This document shows positions 13,880 to 27,614 of a stretch of 64,000 bases of DNA, piece by piece (positions within the stretch are counted from its first letter, which is position 1; each line of letters starts with the position of its first letter). The DNA is from Eledone cirrhosa. Lineage: Eukaryota. The stretch lies in NCBI GenBank assembly GCA_964016885.1, contig OZ024741.1:74834001-74898000 (forward strand), in the 5' to 3' direction. Below the pieces are notes generated by a model. That model did not search any database, was not told the origin of the DNA, and worked only from the letters and a program-made list of their open reading frames with translations. The translations under genes were made by a program, and so were the position numbers.

Positions 13880-14162
13880 CATATGTAACCCAATTGCAAC
13901 AACGCAGCACTCCATTTTTCTTATATATATATATATATATATATATATTTCGTTTCTGAATTTGTTTAGCAAGATTCTTTATCTGAAAACGTGTGTTGAA
14001 ACCGATATTGTTATGCTTTGGGAGGGTCATGTTGCCAATAAGAAACACACGCACCAGTTGCTTTCACCCCAATTTATTCTAAGTTAAATTTATAAATTTA
14101 AGAATTTATAAATTTCCGGTTGGTTGGTTGGTTCCACAACCGGACGGTTGTACATATATATT

Positions 14163-14205
14163 GTCAAAGTTCTTTCGTCACACATTCTGTGACCTCTTCA
14201 GTGAC
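14163..14205 (-). ncRNA. Minimal hammerhead motif, family-2 pLTR (intact core)
   Basis: GTCA-CTGAAGA-G-GTCACA[GAATG]TGTGAC-GAAA-GAACTT-TGAC; 4-bp stem I. Confidence 0.75.
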
Positions 14206-17200
14206 TGGGGATTCTTTTCTTTGTTTTTGTGCCTAATATTTATAAACCTTATGTCTTGAAGAAAAGTACATTGTTCAAGAATGTGACAAGCACTTTAACA
14301 AGAAACTAAGGTGGCTCAAACAGATGAAACTAGACCAAGATACTTTAGAGAATAGCGATAGATATCCTGACAAGATTGACGGTATAAACATGGCCGACAT
14401 CTCATTAACAGATGAATTCAACAACAACAACACAAATATATATGGCAACACTACAGTCGACTCTGATGAATTATCGATATTACAGCTACCATCTAAATAT
14501 ACCACATATAATAAGGTAAATATGATAAAATGCTTGTCAGAAATAGAAAAATCATTCGCAAAATTACGTTGGAGCCTCAAAAACAAAAACAAAAGTAACA
14601 ACATACGCACACACACATCAACAACAACACACACATTCTATGCCTCTCACCACCACCACAATCTTAAACACACAGACACAGAAAACAGGTAATGACAGTA
14701 ACACAGAAGTAAGGGAAGGTAATGGGATTGAAAGGAGAAGGGAGACTATTGATACTGACAGAGAAAATAACCAGGACGAACACACAGACACACATAATAG
14801 AGTAGATAATAACAATGAGCCAGAGGAAAGAGACAGGAGTAATAATGAGAGACATAGAAACAACCATGAGGCTGTTGGTGGAAATAGAAATAGAAACAAC
14901 ACAACTAACAATAACAATAGCAATAGTACACATAAAGCAGCAGCCTGGAACTCTACTTTTTATAATCCTTCCGATATGTCCTTCGACCTACGACGAGTCC
15001 ACGCCACGACTTTAGCTTTTAACAAACGCACGCAATTGCCGTTGCAGGTCGATGAACAAACAGAAGCACAATTTAGTATAGCTAGATCTAAACTTAGAAA
15101 TATTATAGAACAGTATAGCAAGAAGCAAAATAGAATGGAGGACAAGCAACTGGGAGAAAAATCTGCAAATGGCCTCGTAAGCTCATGCAGCGCTCGCATA
15201 ATGGAGAGATTGCATGCTTTCCAACAGACAAGTCTGGCAGAAATGTCGGTTGACGGTCTGTCAAATTACATCCAGGCATGCAACCCCACATCACTAACAC
15301 AAGAGAAGTAACACCACAAGAGCATGAGGATAGGGATAAAACCCTCAATGCCCATATGATGATGTGGACAAACATAATGCAGCCCAACAAAAGGACTGCC
15401 AACAACTTCCAGGCCTGGAACAATGACGTGCCAGCGTTGTATGGGCTTCGAAAAGACCATAAAACGAGCAGTGACCCTGTCACAGGACCACCAACATGGC
15501 CAGTTTGTGGAGCTAACATTGCTAGTACTACAGACTTTCCTACTTCCTCTCCCTGATCATACGCCCCATCATTGAAATGTCCCCAGATATATGTGACAGC
15601 ACGGAGGACCTCCTCAGCAGAATCAGCGAAAGTAACCGATCTAGGGACCTAACAAACTGTATAATAGGTAGTATGGATGTTGTGTCCCTATATCCATCCA
15701 TTGACGTGTATTTTGCTGTGGAGAAATGCGTAGAAATGATCAGTGAGAGCAATGTTGAATTCCGTGGGATTGATACCAGTGAGCTGGGACTCCTACTTAA
15801 ACTTACCTATAGTAATGATTATCTAGATACATATGACCTTAGCAACCTCTGCCTTACAAGACCAGCAAGAGGCAGACCACCTACCATTACCTCAATGGCC
15901 AAGAAAACCCACACAGATAGATGGAACGGGTGGACCAGAGCCATACGGACCCCCGAAAACCATGATGAACTAAAGAAAATGATTGCACATGCGGTGGGGG
16001 CCAGTATAAAATTAACCCTTAAGGAACATATGTTCAAATTTAATGGAAAAACATATGCCCAAGAGGAGGGAGCAGCCATTGGTGTTAACATTGCAGGTGA
16101 CATAGCTAACCTATTCATGGTATGGTGGGACAATAGACACTTAAACTTAAAGAACAATTAGAAGACAGCAACCTCTTAACCCTGATAATGTACTCCCGCT
16201 ACGTTGATGATATAAACATCGTAGTAAAAACACCCCCACTAGAGAACAGTCAGGAATTAGAGAAAAACACCATGGAAAGCATCCAGCAAATAGCTAACTC
16301 CATCTACCAGAGTATTAGAGTTACTATAGACTACCCAAGCAAACACCCCAACCATCGATTACCTGTACTAGACCCAGAGCTCTAGTTATAAACCATTAAT
16401 AGCAAAAAACAAATCCTCCATTCCCATTATGCCAAACCCATGACTTCCAAATATCTGATCCACCGAAACTCAGCTGTTTTGGACCACACCAAAATCAACA
16501 TAGTGATTGCGGATTTGGTACGGGTGATGAGAAACGTGTCCCGCATGTGCAACCCCAAAGAACTAGAGAGACACATACAACACTTCATCCACCGTATGCA
16601 GTTCTCTGGTTACAACCAGAGAGATAAGATCAGAGTATATAGAGGAGCCAGAACCAAATAGGAAAAAATGGTAAATAATGATACAAATGGGACCTGCCCC
16701 TTGTATAGGAGCAAATTTTGGAATAGAATAGAAAGAACTAGGAATAAGGTTAATAGAATAAACTCATGGTATGATAGCAATAAATACCAGAGTGTAATGT
16801 TCATCAATACAACCCCTAGAGGTGAATTAGCTTACAAATTTAGAAAGGCCCTAGATAAACATAAACTCAATATTAAGATAGTAGAAAGATCAGGTACCTC
16901 CATAAAAACACTTATTAGCAATACATACCCTTTTCAAAGACCTCTCTGTATAGATAAGAAATGTATAATCTGTAAACTAAGCCCCCATATTAACTGTAAA
17001 ACTAGAAATGTAGTATATAGCATAAGATGTACTGAAGGACAATGTAGAGATAAGAATATAGTGTACATAGGTGAAATAGCTCGTAGTATAGGAGAACGGA
17101 TAAATGAACACTGGCGAGAGCTTCAAGATAGAAAAGAATCATCTGTACTCCACCAACATGCTAAAATAGAACATAAGGGTAAATTAGAGAATATAGAAAT

Positions 17201-17531
17201 AAAAATAGAATCTACACACAGAAAAGAAGCAATGTTTAGACAAATCGCAGAGGCAATAAACATAAATGAACTCCAACCAAAATTAAATAGAAAACATGAA
17301 TGGAATAGCAACATCACAACTTACAATTAAGGACAAAATGAAAACACACACACACACATAGAACAAACAAACAACCATTAACATGTAAATAAACAAATAA
17401 ATAAGCAAATATAAAAACACACAGACACCCGGATGTAACACATGCGCAAACTAAGCACACAACACACACAAAAACAAGATGGCGTAGGCCAGAACAAAGG
17501 AGAGGCAAAAAAACAAAGAAAAGAATCCCCA

Positions 17532-17574
17532 GTCACTGAATAGGTCACAGAATGTGTGACGAAAGAACTTCGAC
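17532..17574 (+). ncRNA. Family-2 hammerhead motif, mutated copy
   Basis: Same fold as 14163-14205 but CTGAATA (G8>U) and a stem I mismatch. Confidence 0.6.
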
Positions 17575-18205
17575 AATATATGTACAACCGTCCGGTTGTG
17601 GAACCAATCAACCAACCTGAAATTTATAAATTTAAGAATTTATAAATTTAACTTATAATAAATTGGAGTGAAAGTAACTGGTGCGTGTGTTTCTTATTGG
17701 CAACATGACCCTCCCAAAGCATAACAATATATATATATATATCTATATATATATATATTCTATATACACACATACATATTTATATACATATATACATACA
17801 CATATGCATATATTTGTGTGTGTGTCTATATATATATATGTATGTGTGTATGCACATGCAAATATAGGCATATGTATGTGAATGTGTATATATACATCGG
17901 ATGTTAAATGACGATAAAAAAAGCTGATATTCATTTTAAAAAAATCCTATTAAACCTTCTTCGCCGCCATTCCACTCCCCTCACAACCCATTGATATAAC
18001 TGACATTAAACATCAAAATAGCACATAGATAAATAAAATAAACAACAATAATAATAAAATAAAAAAACTAGTAATAAATATAGTAAATCTAATATTTTTT
18101 TTTGTGAAATGGTAAAATAGCTTCCATTTCTTTTAGTAGCAAATTAATTTCTGTCAGTGTCAATGTGATATTTAATCTGATTATATAGAGTGTATTTGTG
18201 TGTAT

Positions 18206-18236
<31 letters not shown>

Positions 18237-18878
18237 TACATGCATATACTATTGTTATCTTCTGCCCTACACAGTAATAGATTAAGAAATTTACTTCCAC
18301 ATGTTTCTGGGTTCAATCCCACTGTGTGACATTGGGTTGACCAATGCCTTGTAAGTGCATTTTTGGAGATAGAAATGACAAAAGTCTGTTGTATGTATTA
18401 TTGTTGTGCCTGTTGTCTGTATGATAGTTGTATGTGTGTGAGATTGTGTTTGGTTTTATGTCTATGTCCGTGTTTAAGTCCTGCAACTTAGCAGTTCAAC
18501 AAAAAAGACTAAAAATACTTAACTTGAAAAAATAAGTACTGCTGTTGATATTATAGAAATAACAATAATAATGGAAATATTGTGTACAGTGCTCAGGTGC
18601 ACTACAACTCATCAAAAGTGTATGTATAATAGTTGCAATCTAGTGACTGAAAAAAGTAAATGCATAAAAAAAAAATCATCACCATTATCATTTTACGTTT
18701 GTTTTCCATACTAGTATGGGTTGTAAAGTTTTCAGACGAGACAGGTCAGAATAAACTCTTCTTGCTCATACGTTCCATATTTGGTATGATTTATACAGCT
18801 GCATGCATCTCATCATCATCCTCATTATCATTGTTTAATATCTGCCTTTCTTGCTAGTACACACAAACACACACACAT

Positions 18879-18996
18879 ATAGGAAATTGTTCAAAACATC
18901 GACGGCAAAGCTCAAGCCATTTCAACGACTATTTCTGGAGTGATAGCCGTCGAAACCGCTTCAGCTCTGCCGTCGGGGTCTTGAACAATTTCCTAT
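18879..18996. repeat. Imperfect ~118-bp palindrome
   Basis: ATAGGAAATTGTTCAA...GACGGCA...TGCCGTC...TTGAACAATTTCCTAT. Confidence 0.8.
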
Positions 18997-19138
18997 TACC
19001 CACTCTACTACCCTAAGTATTGAGTACACTGGTGCATTATGGTCCACCTGGTTCCTTACCACACTTCCTTCGTGATATACATATATATATGTGTGTGTGT
19101 ATATATATATATATATACATACATCTATATATATATAT

Positions 19139-19777
19139 ATGGTGGCTGCCAACTCGTTTTCGAGTACGGCCACTACTTTACATCCATGTATGATAACCCC
19201 TACCGAAGCGCTGAACGAGTGTGACTTTTTAGTCCAGCCAGCGACTTGAAACCTCTGGTACAAACACTACACCTGTGACAATTATTGACACATAGTGCTA
19301 GGCCCATGGTAGGACAATTATTGACACATAGTGCTGGGCCCATGTGAGGACAAGTGCAGAGAGATCTCCAGATATAAAGCAATGCCTGTGCCGTGAAGCT
19401 TTTATAGTGAGCAAAGGCACTGCACAAAGCCAGTCCCACTCTCTTAACCAAGATGCTATTTACCAAAAAGAAGAACAAGTCAACATCATTGGATACCATC
19501 AGGGTTGCAGGTGTTATATCAGAGTTTTCCTTCTCCTAGAATTCTGCCTTGACTAAGGCTAAAGGGGTCATCTCTCCCGGTGATTTTGGATGGCCATTGA
19601 CTCTTAAGAGCTCCTTTGCCCTTTGACAGGTTTTGTTTTTAGTCCTGCAGGATGTCCAAAGTCACCCTCCTCACCAAGAAACCTTGGTGGGGTTGCCAGT
19701 TTAGTCGCCAACGACCCGACCATGAGACAGGTTGTACTGGGATACATGTTACCAGTAGCACCAACTGGTGACCTGAC
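19139..19777 (-). mobile_element. Bipartite non-autonomous RTE derivative, copy 2
   Basis: Same 5' and 3' ends as 7143-7752; reads CSVCTRGFKSLAGLKSHTRS; carries an internal ~36-bp tandem duplication. Confidence 0.75.
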
Positions 19778-20329
19778 ATATATATATATATATATATATA
19801 TACATACATCTATATATATATATACATGTATATATATATAATATATATACATGTATATATATATAATATATATACATTTATGTATATGTACATTTATACA
19901 TACATATATATATATATATATAATACATATACATGTATATATATATATATATATGTACATATATATATATATATGGGTTGGAGAAGGACCTGTCCAATCT
20001 ATGCCATCATGAAAAGCTGACGTAAAAACGATGATGATGATATATAATATATATACATAAATATATCATCATCATCATCGTTTAATGTCCATCATCTATG
20101 CTAGCATGGGTAGGACGGGCTTTCCCTTTCTGAGGGATCAGGTCAAAGGACTCTGTTTTGCTCATAAAGAACTGATTTTGGCTTGGTGCCATTCTTAATG
20201 CCAACCATATTTACAGTGTGTGCTGGGTGCTTTTTGGCATGACACCAACACAACCACTTTATAATGTGGACTGGGCACTGTTGTCATGGCTCCAGGGGGA
20301 CCATGAAAGAAATCTTTGGCCCCCTGAAA

Positions 20330-20575
20330 TGATCAGTGGCAAACCTTAAAGACTTGGACAGTACCGCCATCCTTACTGATCCTGAGTCCATCTTGGACTA
20401 CTGGAAAAACCAATTTCAGAGCCTCTGCAACAACCACGCCACCACTCCAGAAGACCTCCTGCGGAACACACCCCAACTCCCTGTTCGGCATTGGATGTCA
20501 CTCCCCCAACCTTCTGACAACTGAAAGAAGCATTCTGCACCCTGAAACGCAGAAAAGCTTCCAGACCGGACAATG
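20330..20575 (+). pseudogene. RTE LINE ORF fragment (pre-RT linker)
   Basis: AILTDPESILDYWKNQFQSLCN resembles the RTE L..W.EHF..LLN motif. Confidence 0.55.
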
Positions 20576-21019
20576 TACACAGATACATATATATATACAC
20601 ACACACATACACATACATACACACACACACACACATAGATACACATACATATACATACATATACATACACACACAGATACACATACATATACACACACAC
20701 ATACATATAGACACACACACACACCCACATATACATACACACACCAACACACATATACATACATACACACACACAAATATATATATTCATTCTCATCTAA
20801 CCTATGCTAGCGTGCAAAGTGGACGTTAAACGAGGATGATGATGATGATGATATATATATATATACACACACAAATCTTTTGATACATTGAGGTGCTTGG
20901 ATGAGGATAAAACTGTTCATGGAAATCAAACCACATATCTGTTGTATAGTGAAAAACTGCCTAGACCACTACAATAAGGCAACCTGACAACTTTGTAACA
21001 TCAAAGTTAATGTCAGACA

Positions 21020-21890
21020 TTATAAGCTACATGTTTTATGATGTGTGTATGATGCTCATGTGGCTGGCATCATACTGGATATTGATCCTGGCTCCAAATT
21101 GCAATAAAGAATATTGCCACCATGATTAATTGCCTATTTTTCTTCAGAATTCTTCAGTATTGTCCATTAATGTTCTTCCCCTATTTAACTTTGTTTTGTA
21201 GTGTGATGCACTTGTAAATGTATGAAAGAGTGTTGTATAGCAATTTGTTTAATGACATTTACAAGTTCCATTTATGCAGTTGAATTTATCACTCACATTG
21301 GTTATTTGTAGCTGTTTTCAGGGTTTGCATGCTTGTAGTGTGTAGTTGATTTGAGATTTCTAAGTTTTAGAAGTATATTATTAGTGTTAATTTATAGTTT
21401 GGTGTGATGTATTTTGCATTATGTTTTATGAAGTTTTTGATTGCATGTTTATCTGTCATGTAATTTGTATGCTTTTGTTTCACATTGTATAATAATAATA
21501 ATAATAATGAAATTATTGTGTAAAGTGCTCAGGTGCACTACAACTCGTCAAAGGTGCATGTATAGTACATAGAATAATATAAAAACGTCAGAGAAGTGAA
21601 TAGTGTATGAGTCATGATATACATGTGTGTATGTGTATGGAGGGGGAACATTAGGTGTAGTGTTGGCGAATCTCGGGAAGCATGGAGGTTTTAAAGGATG
21701 CAGTGTCTCAACAGCTAACAACTGTATACTTGATGTGCAGTTAAGTGTATTGTCTGAAATAGGAAAAGCATCATATTTATGTCTATATTCCTATATAGCT
21801 TGGTCTACCAATCTATTGAGATATCCGTTGTTTATTAATGTTTGCTTGATTCTGTGGATTTCTTCATCTAGTGTTAATAAGTAAGGATTT
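21020..21890 (-). pseudogene. Old Penelope/Poseidon-type PLE relic (RT thumb to GIY-YIG)
   Basis: EEIHRIKQTLINNGYLNRLVDQAI; QKHTNYMTDKHAIKNFIKHN..KLTLIIYF; QITNVSDKFNCINGTC. Confidence 0.65.
21489..21725 (-). mobile_element. CR1/L2-type LINE 3' end nested in the Poseidon-like relic (another copy at ~18565-18660)
   Basis: TAGTGCACCTGAGCACTTTACACAATAATTTC followed by an (ATT)n tail. Confidence 0.55.
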
Positions 21891-22327
21891 TACGACTAAC
21901 ATTTTACAGTTGTGTGAACATTCACAATGTGGCACCAAGATCATTATCTAGTATAATGACAGCCACATGAGTAGAACTTATGTGTCATAAGAATGTTCAT
22001 CTTGATGAGGGAGATTAGCAGTCAAGTTAAAGATTCAAATTCCAGGACGAAAACCATAAAAGGATGATTAAGTAAGAAGAACTGCACATATCTTCATACA
22101 AAACATATGCCTAAAATAAAGAGGTGGTAAAAAATAAACCAGCAATGTTAGTGATGATGAGACCATGGGGGTCTGGACATTGCTCCAAAGGAACTGTAAA
22201 GACTTTATTATAAAATATGAGAAAATTCTAATAAAGAAACTGAAACTGGAAAGTGGTTGTGCCTTCAAAAATACATGTATAAAAGATGCATATGTATGTA
22301 AATATATATCTATGTGTATGTATATAT

Positions 22328-24500
22328 CGTGAGGACCAGAAACAGGAGGTGTTCAAGATTGCGGGGCAGTGTGTCAGAGATAGTTGTGATGTCATTGGAG
22401 AGAAGTGTATCCGGAATGATAAAGGTGAGCTTGCCCTCACAAGTGCTGAGAAGAAAGATGCATAGAAGATCCATTATGATAGATTTCTAAATGAGGAGAA
22501 TGCATGGGAAGAAGAGACCCTACCCCAAGTAGACCCTATAGAGGGGCCAGCAGTACAAGTCAGCAGCAGTGTAGTAAGTAAGGCAATCAAAGATATGAAG
22601 ATGGGGAAGGCAACCGGTCCATTGGGTATAGCTGCAGAGATGCTGAAGGCATCTGGGTATGTAGGTTACACTATAACCACACATATTGTTAACCAGGTAA
22701 TACTAGAAGGTATCATACCAAAAGATTGGTGCAGTAGCATCATTGTCAACTGCTACAAAGGTAAAGGTGATGCACTAGATAGAGGAAACTATAGAGGTAT
22801 AAAGCTGATGGACCAGGTCATGAAAGTAACAGAAAGAGTTATAGCACAGTTGATTAGGGACCGGGTGAAACTAGATGAGATGCAATTTGGGTTTGTACCA
22901 GGAAGAGGCACCACTGATGCCCTCTTCCTTGTGAGGCAGTTACAGGAAAAGTACCTAGCTAAAAGTAAGCCACTCTACTTGGCATTCGTCGATCTCGAGA
23001 AAGCCTTTGACAGAGTTCCACGTGCTGTAATCTGGTGGGCTCTTAGAAAACTATGAGTAGATGAATGGCTTGTGAAAGCTGTACAAGCCATGTATAGGGG
23101 AGCAGTCAGCAAAGTTAGAATTAGCAATGAGTATAGCGAGGAATTTAGCGTACAGGTTGGTGTCCACCAGGGCTCTGGTCTTAGCCCTCTCCTGTTCATC
23201 ATAGTCCTGCAGGCAATAACGGAGAAGTTTAAGATCAGATGCCCATGGGAACTCCTGTATGCAGATGACCTCGCACTTATAGCTGAATCTATGGGAAAAC
23301 TAGAGAAGAAATTCCAAACTTGGAAGCAGGGACTAGAAAGAAAGGGTCTCAAAGTCAACAAAGACTAAGGTCCTTGTAAGTAGGCTAGAAAACAGAACCC
23401 AGATCCCCTTAGGGAAATGGCCTTGCTCAGTATGTAGGAAAGGTGTAGGTAGGAACTCCATTCTCTGCCCCAAATGCAAACAATGGGTACACAAGAGATG
23501 TAGCGAGATCTCAGGAAGCTTAATTAAGAATGTAGGCTTCACATGTAGCAGCTGTGCTGAGACAACAAGCAGCAAACAGCCACAGGAAAGAAGTACCACC
23601 AATCTCTGGGAGGGCTCTGTAGAAACAGTAGACAGCTTCTGCTACCTAGGTGACCGAATTAGCAGCGGAGGTGGGTGTTCAGAAAGTACAATAACTAGGG
23701 TAAGAACGGAATGGAAGAAGTTCAGCGAACTACTGCCACTGCTAGCTGCAAAAGGCTTTGCCTCAAAATAAAAGGCAGACTGTATGATGCGTGTATACGA
23801 ACAGCAATGTTACATGGTAGTGAGACCTGGGCGCTGAAGGTGGAAGACTTACGTAGATTAGAAAAAAACGAAGCCTGCATTCTCCGATGGCTGTGTAATA
23901 TACGCGAACGGCAAAGCATAAATGATTTGAGAGAGAGACTGAGCATAAGAGGAATCAAATGCTGTGTGCAGGAGTGGCAGTTGCGTTGGTATGGACATGT
24001 TATGCGTATGCAGGATGACAGCTGCATAAAAAGGTGCAGAGCACTAGAAGTCAATGGAAACCGCGGAGTGGGGAGACCCAAGAAGACCTGGGCTGAGGTG
24101 ATAAAAGCCGACCTTACCCAATTACACCTGACCGTGACCTCTGGCGTCACGCAGTAATACAGAGTACCCGACCTCCCATGGGTACAAGCTGAAGCATATA
24201 GACAATATTCCCCCCACACCCTACCACTGCAAAGTGGTTGTGGAAGTGCCATGGCAAAAAAGCACCCAGCCCACACTGTAAAGTGGACATGTAGGCGCCA
24301 CGGAAAAATGCACCCAGCACTCACTGTAAATGAGGTTGGTGTTAGGAAGGGCATCCAGCTGTAGAAATCAAGCCAGAATCAGTTCCTGTATGAGCAAGGC
24401 ATGGTCAGCCGACCAGACACTGCCCACAACAGGACAACCCGTCTAACCCATGCTAGCATGGAAGAACGGACGTAAAACGGTGGTGGTGATGATGATGATA
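22328..24500 (+). mobile_element. 5'-truncated, decayed RTE LINE (family A)
   Basis: Colinear with 33172-35370; RT motifs with stops and frameshifts; (GAT)n tail. Confidence 0.94.
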
Positions 24501-25261
24501 TATATCTGTGTGTGTGTGTGTTGTATGTGAATATTTATGTTTGTGTATGTATGTGTGTGTGTGTTTGTGTGTTTGTGTAGACATATATACAATTACAAAT
24601 GATGTTTTTCAATGCTATTTTAACAAAATCTCAGGTGGGTCTTTATTTCTATTTTCTTTTAACTGCAATAAGGTTATTCAACTGTTAAAATGTCTATATG
24701 AGTAATAATTCAAAGAATTATGGAAAATTGTTGTCATTAACAAGAATGGCGTCATCACTATCAACATTAACTACCATGGAAACTGTAGCTATGAATACAA
24801 CTTGCAATGTTTCTGAACCAGAAGACTGATTAACCATTTACATAGCTAACCACCAGAAACTACCTCATATTATACAATGTTAAACAGTTTATTCTAAAGT
24901 GTATACATTTATCTAAAAGCCCTCCAACATAATTTGTGAAAGAAACTTTAAGTTATGTTCCGAACATCAGCTTAATAATGTGAAAGTTATATTACTAAAT
25001 TCCTCCAAATTTTTCATTATTGTCAACATGAACACAAAATTATATGCAGTCTCTTTCAATAGAAATATGGTAATGAAAGGGAAAAAGAAAATCAAGCTAT
25101 ATATATATATATATGCATATATACATATATATGCACATACATATATATATGCAAATACACACACATATATATGCACATACACACACATATATGCACATAC
25201 ACACATATATATGCACATACACACACATATATATATATATGCACATATACATATATATACG

Positions 25262-25789
25262 TAAAAAACAAGAAACAAAAACAATAACAAAGAGTGCAGT
25301 ATGAAGTGTTGGTATTAGGTCCGTGCTTGAGAGTGAGGGATGGGGGACGACGTTTCGGGCATAAGCCCTTCATCAGGAGAAAGGTGGGAAGGAAAAGAGT
25401 TCCGAGGGTGTGAGGGGGAGTGGTGGAAAGACATTAAAAAGGGGGGGGGTTAAAAGGAAGGAAAAAAAATTTAAATGAGGGGGGAAAAAATTAAAATGAA
25501 AATAAGTGGTGAAGGGGTATGAGGCATGTAGAGGGGGGAAGGGGGAGCAGCGAGGGCGGAAGGTAGTGTGTGTATATGTGTAGGTGTACGTGTGTGTGTA
25601 TGTGTGGATGTGTGTGTGTATGTGTGGATGTGAGTGTGAGAGTTTGGGGAAGAACAAGGTTCCATGCTTGGGTAATAGGAAAACCAGTGTGTACATGGAG
25701 TGGAGTGTAAGTGTGTGTGTGTGGATAGAGAGGGGTCGGAGGAGAGGGGGCGTGCAGAGTCCGGAGGCAGAGTAGGTGTATGTAAGGAT

Positions 25790-25831
<42 letters not shown>

Positions 25832-26904
25832 TGTGTATACGTGGGAATGTATGGTTGCGTGTGTGCAAAAATGGTGTAAGTGTTTGTGTGTGAGGGTGTG
25901 CTCCTGAATGTTTTCCCGGTGAGTGTTTGGTCAGATGGTGAAAAAACGGATGTTATCGAGTAGAGTCCAGAGAGAGTGACCAGTGCTGCAGGATCCGTGG
26001 AATTGGTGAGGAGGAAGTAGAAAGTTGTGGGGGCACGCGCAACAGGAAGTGGTCAAGAAGGTCAAGGCAGGGGTGAAGGCAGGGCGAAGAATGAGAGAGA
26101 GAGAGAGAGAAAAGATAGCAATCAGGAGGGTAAGTGATAGACAGGGGAGTGGTAGTGGCAGGTGTGGCCTGTATGTGTGTGTGGAATGTGTATGTGTGTG
26201 CGGAGGTGTGATGGATACGAGAGGAGGTGAGTTAGTGTGAAAAGTTGAGAGAGAGGGTGGTGTGTGTAGGGGGGTTTGTTTGTATATTAGTGGAGGTGTT
26301 AGTAGGATGTGTGTGGTGAAGGGGGTGTTGGTAGTACGGGGGGGGGAGAAGGTGCTGGGTACAGTATGAGCAACTGTGATATACCGGTGTGTGTGTGTGC
26401 GTGTGGTAGGGTGGGTGTTAGTATTATTAATGGTGGGGGGGGTCGAATATGGGTGTGTGGGTGGGGGGTTAGTGTTGGTAGTGCGAGTGTGGAGTGGGTT
26501 CTGTGTGGGTGTGGGTGAGTGTATGTATGCTGGTGTGTGTTCATGTGTGCGTGGTGAGGGGGAAGGTGGTTGGGGGGGGGGGGGGGGTATCATTAGTGGT
26601 GGCTTGGCCGGATGTGGATGTGTGGGTGGAGGTTAGTGGTGGTAGTAAGGAGTGTGAATAGTGTGAGTGGGTGTATATATGTACTGGTGTGAGTGTGTGT
26701 GTGATAGGGGGAGAGGGTGGGGGTTGTTAGTGTTATTAGTTGTGGGGGTGGTTGGAAGTGAAGGGGACGGTGAATCTTGAGAGTGTTTTAGTGGTGTTGG
26801 GAGGGGAACGGTCGAAGGCTAAAAGAAGAGTGGTGGGGAGTTCAGGCCGCGGGATGTGTGGGTCTGTAGGGTGAAGATGGTGTGTTGTTTGGCCCTAAGT
26901 CGGG
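25262..26904 (-). mobile_element. 3' remnant of a Neptune-like PLE: endonuclease C-terminus, ~1.5-kb CA/C-rich UTR and hammerhead
   Basis: 26902-26819 reads RLRAKQHTIFTLQTHTSRGLN..*, matching the PLE E..xIFxLxTxxPxGLN terminal motif; hammerhead near the far end; (TA)-rich flanks. Confidence 0.7.
25346..25379 (-). ncRNA. Minimal hammerhead motif (canonical PLE type)
   Basis: C-CTGATGA-A-GGGC[TTAT]GCCC-GAAA-CG-TC-G; palindromic ACGT stem III; GUC triplet; weak stem I. Confidence 0.8.
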
Positions 26905-26956
26905 TTATATATATATATACACATACATATATATACATATCATCAATGATGATAAA

Positions 26957-27562
26957 TTCATCATCATCATCATTGTTTAATGTCTATTTTCCACTCTAGC
27001 CTAGGTTAGACAGTTTGTCCCATTTGTGGCAAGTCAGGTCAGGTGGCCGTGTCTTGCTCATACAGAACTGTTTTTGGCATAGTCCCTGTGGCTGGTTGCC
27101 CTTCTTAAAGCCAACAACATTTAAAGTCTGGGCTGTGTGCTTTTTGTCGTGACAGCTACATGACTACTTTACAGTGACGACTGAGTGCTTTTATCATGGC
27201 AACATAATGGCCAATTTACAGGATGGCGGGGTGCTTTTAGGTCATGATACCAACAAGACCACTTCACAATGTGGACTGGGACATTTTTGTTGTGGCACCA
27301 AATGACCACTTTACAGTGTGGATTGGGGACTGGGGCAGAGGTGTGGGGACTGGGGTGATTAGGACATGGATGGAGTGTTAGGGAGTCAGAAGTGTATGGA
27401 AGGGAGGAGGATAGGGTTTAAGTGGTGCATACTAGATGTATGCTTCAACCTATGCACATGGGTCTTCTGTATTACTGCATAACACCAAAGATCTCGATCC
27501 TGTGTCATCGCATTTGAGATGTGCAATTATGTAAGGTCAGTTCTTATCACCTCATCCCAGAT
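26957..27562 (-). mobile_element. RTE LINE 3' end with a multiplied ~45-bp UTR unit
   Basis: WDEVIRTDLT*LHISNAMTQDRDLW; about five aagcacc..cc.cactgtaaagtgg units; (GAT)n tail. Confidence 0.75.
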
Positions 27563-27581
27563 CTATCTATCTATCTATATA

Positions 27582-27612
<31 letters not shown>

Positions 27613-27614
<2 letters not shown>

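Larger units (their letters stand above)
13948..17730 (+). mobile_element. Penelope-like element family 2: inverted 5' pLTR (13948-14234), decayed RT + GIY-YIG ORF (~14235-17330), 3' pLTR
   Basis: [56 protein letters not shown]; several frameshifts and stops; 17503-17730 is the reverse complement of ~14005-14234. Confidence 0.93.
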
